Assembly: GCF_006345805.1 (NCBI RefSeq)
Contig: NW_021828727.1
Coordinates: forward strand, 1 to 7,877
Direction of reading: 5' to 3'
From: Octopus sinensis
Lineage: Eukaryota
Length of the DNA: 7,877 nucleotides
How positions within the stretch are numbered: position 1 is the first letter of the stretch; each line of letters opens with the position of its first letter. The translations under genes were made by a program, and so were the position numbers. Shown here one piece after another: positions 7,119 to 7,877 of the stretch. The notes below the pieces were generated by a model. It searched no databases. It was not told the origin of the DNA and worked only from the letters and a program-made list of their open reading frames with translations.

Positions 7119-7877
7119 CTTGTGTGTAATTTGCATCTGTTTTGTTTTAGTTCAATCTGAATTTGTTTACAAATGATATTGTTAAGAATACTGAGAAAAA
7201 TTAGTATGAGAGGGCGTTAACTTTAATTACTATTTGTTTCTCATGCACCAGACATCGATGGAGAATCATTCTGCGACGCAATCTTCCCCTAAATTTCGTT
7301 CCCCCCCTCTCTCTCTCACTCATTCTTTTTTTTTTCGCACTCTCTAATTATCGAGAAATTGAAAATAATTCTTGCTAACTAACGTGCCAAGAAAGAAAGC
7401 CCTGCTTGCTATCGTGTCCTTATAGAAACAGTAACTGCATTTCGCTGTTGTTTTGGGGTTTCTTATAACGGAAGAACGCAATGGAGGATGTAGTCTTAGA
7501 CACCCATAAACAAAACATGAAATATGGTCGCTCCTACATCGGTTCGAGTCTGACTCACGACTAACCATCATAGCCAAAAGCAATAAATATTCATGTTCCA
7601 AAAGTATACATAACTGATGCTAAATGCAGAAGAGCATCCACCAGAGTCGACGATGAATTCCAACGGATGCAAGCAACTAAGAATTCCAAGTGATCCTACC
7701 ATTTAGGCAAACAAAATAGCGAGACAGTTCTGGACGTGGTGCAATTAGGGTCCATATAATACTGTAATAGGAATGGTATAAGGAATGTATGGGTGTCAGA
7801 GGCATTATTGGTAAGGCTAGTAGTGTTCTGAATTATGTTGTGTTCATGCTAAGTTGTGCATGATATTTATTGATGAA

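Noticed and set aside
3970-7136. Many long ORFs in the track (poly-YI, HT, CV, poly-S/T/L)
   Set aside because: They are translations of TA/CA/GT/AGT microsatellites, which lack stops in most frames. There is no evidence of coding.
7541-7551. B-box-like GGTTCGAGTCT
   Set aside because: No A box at the proper spacing and no cloverleaf.
7344-7877. Complex sequence with an 85-aa minus ORF and partially open hydrophobic frames (possible transposase or receptor relic)
   Set aside because: Multiple stops in every frame and no motif I can identify with confidence. It needs BLASTX.
1-7877. Window ends share TTCAT as an inverted repeat
   Set aside because: Only 5 bp with no further match, which is expected by chance.

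Overview
Eukaryotic, AT-rich, non-coding-looking DNA (intergenic or large intron), most likely from a coleoid cephalopod such as Octopus. That assignment is an inference from remembered repeat motifs and the extreme microsatellite load, not from a database search. No confidently identifiable protein-coding gene is present: nearly all ORF-track entries between 3970 and 7136 are artefacts of TA/CA/GT/AGT repeats. Supportable features are three decayed copies of one tRNA-derived SINE family (883-1106, 1116-1313, 3321-3484, all minus strand), a 5'-truncated copy of a second SINE-like family (3101-3285, minus), an 83-bp tandem duplication, a roughly 130-bp-period duplication inside a microsatellite field, and simple-repeat blocks covering about one third of the window. 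The most interesting unexplained signal is a GC-rich structured island at 2772-2960 with RNase MRP-like CR-I/CR-V motifs in only about 140 nt, but with defects (tentative). A perfect 17-bp inverted repeat sits at the junction of the two SINE families. There is no CRISPR array and no prokaryotic-type system.
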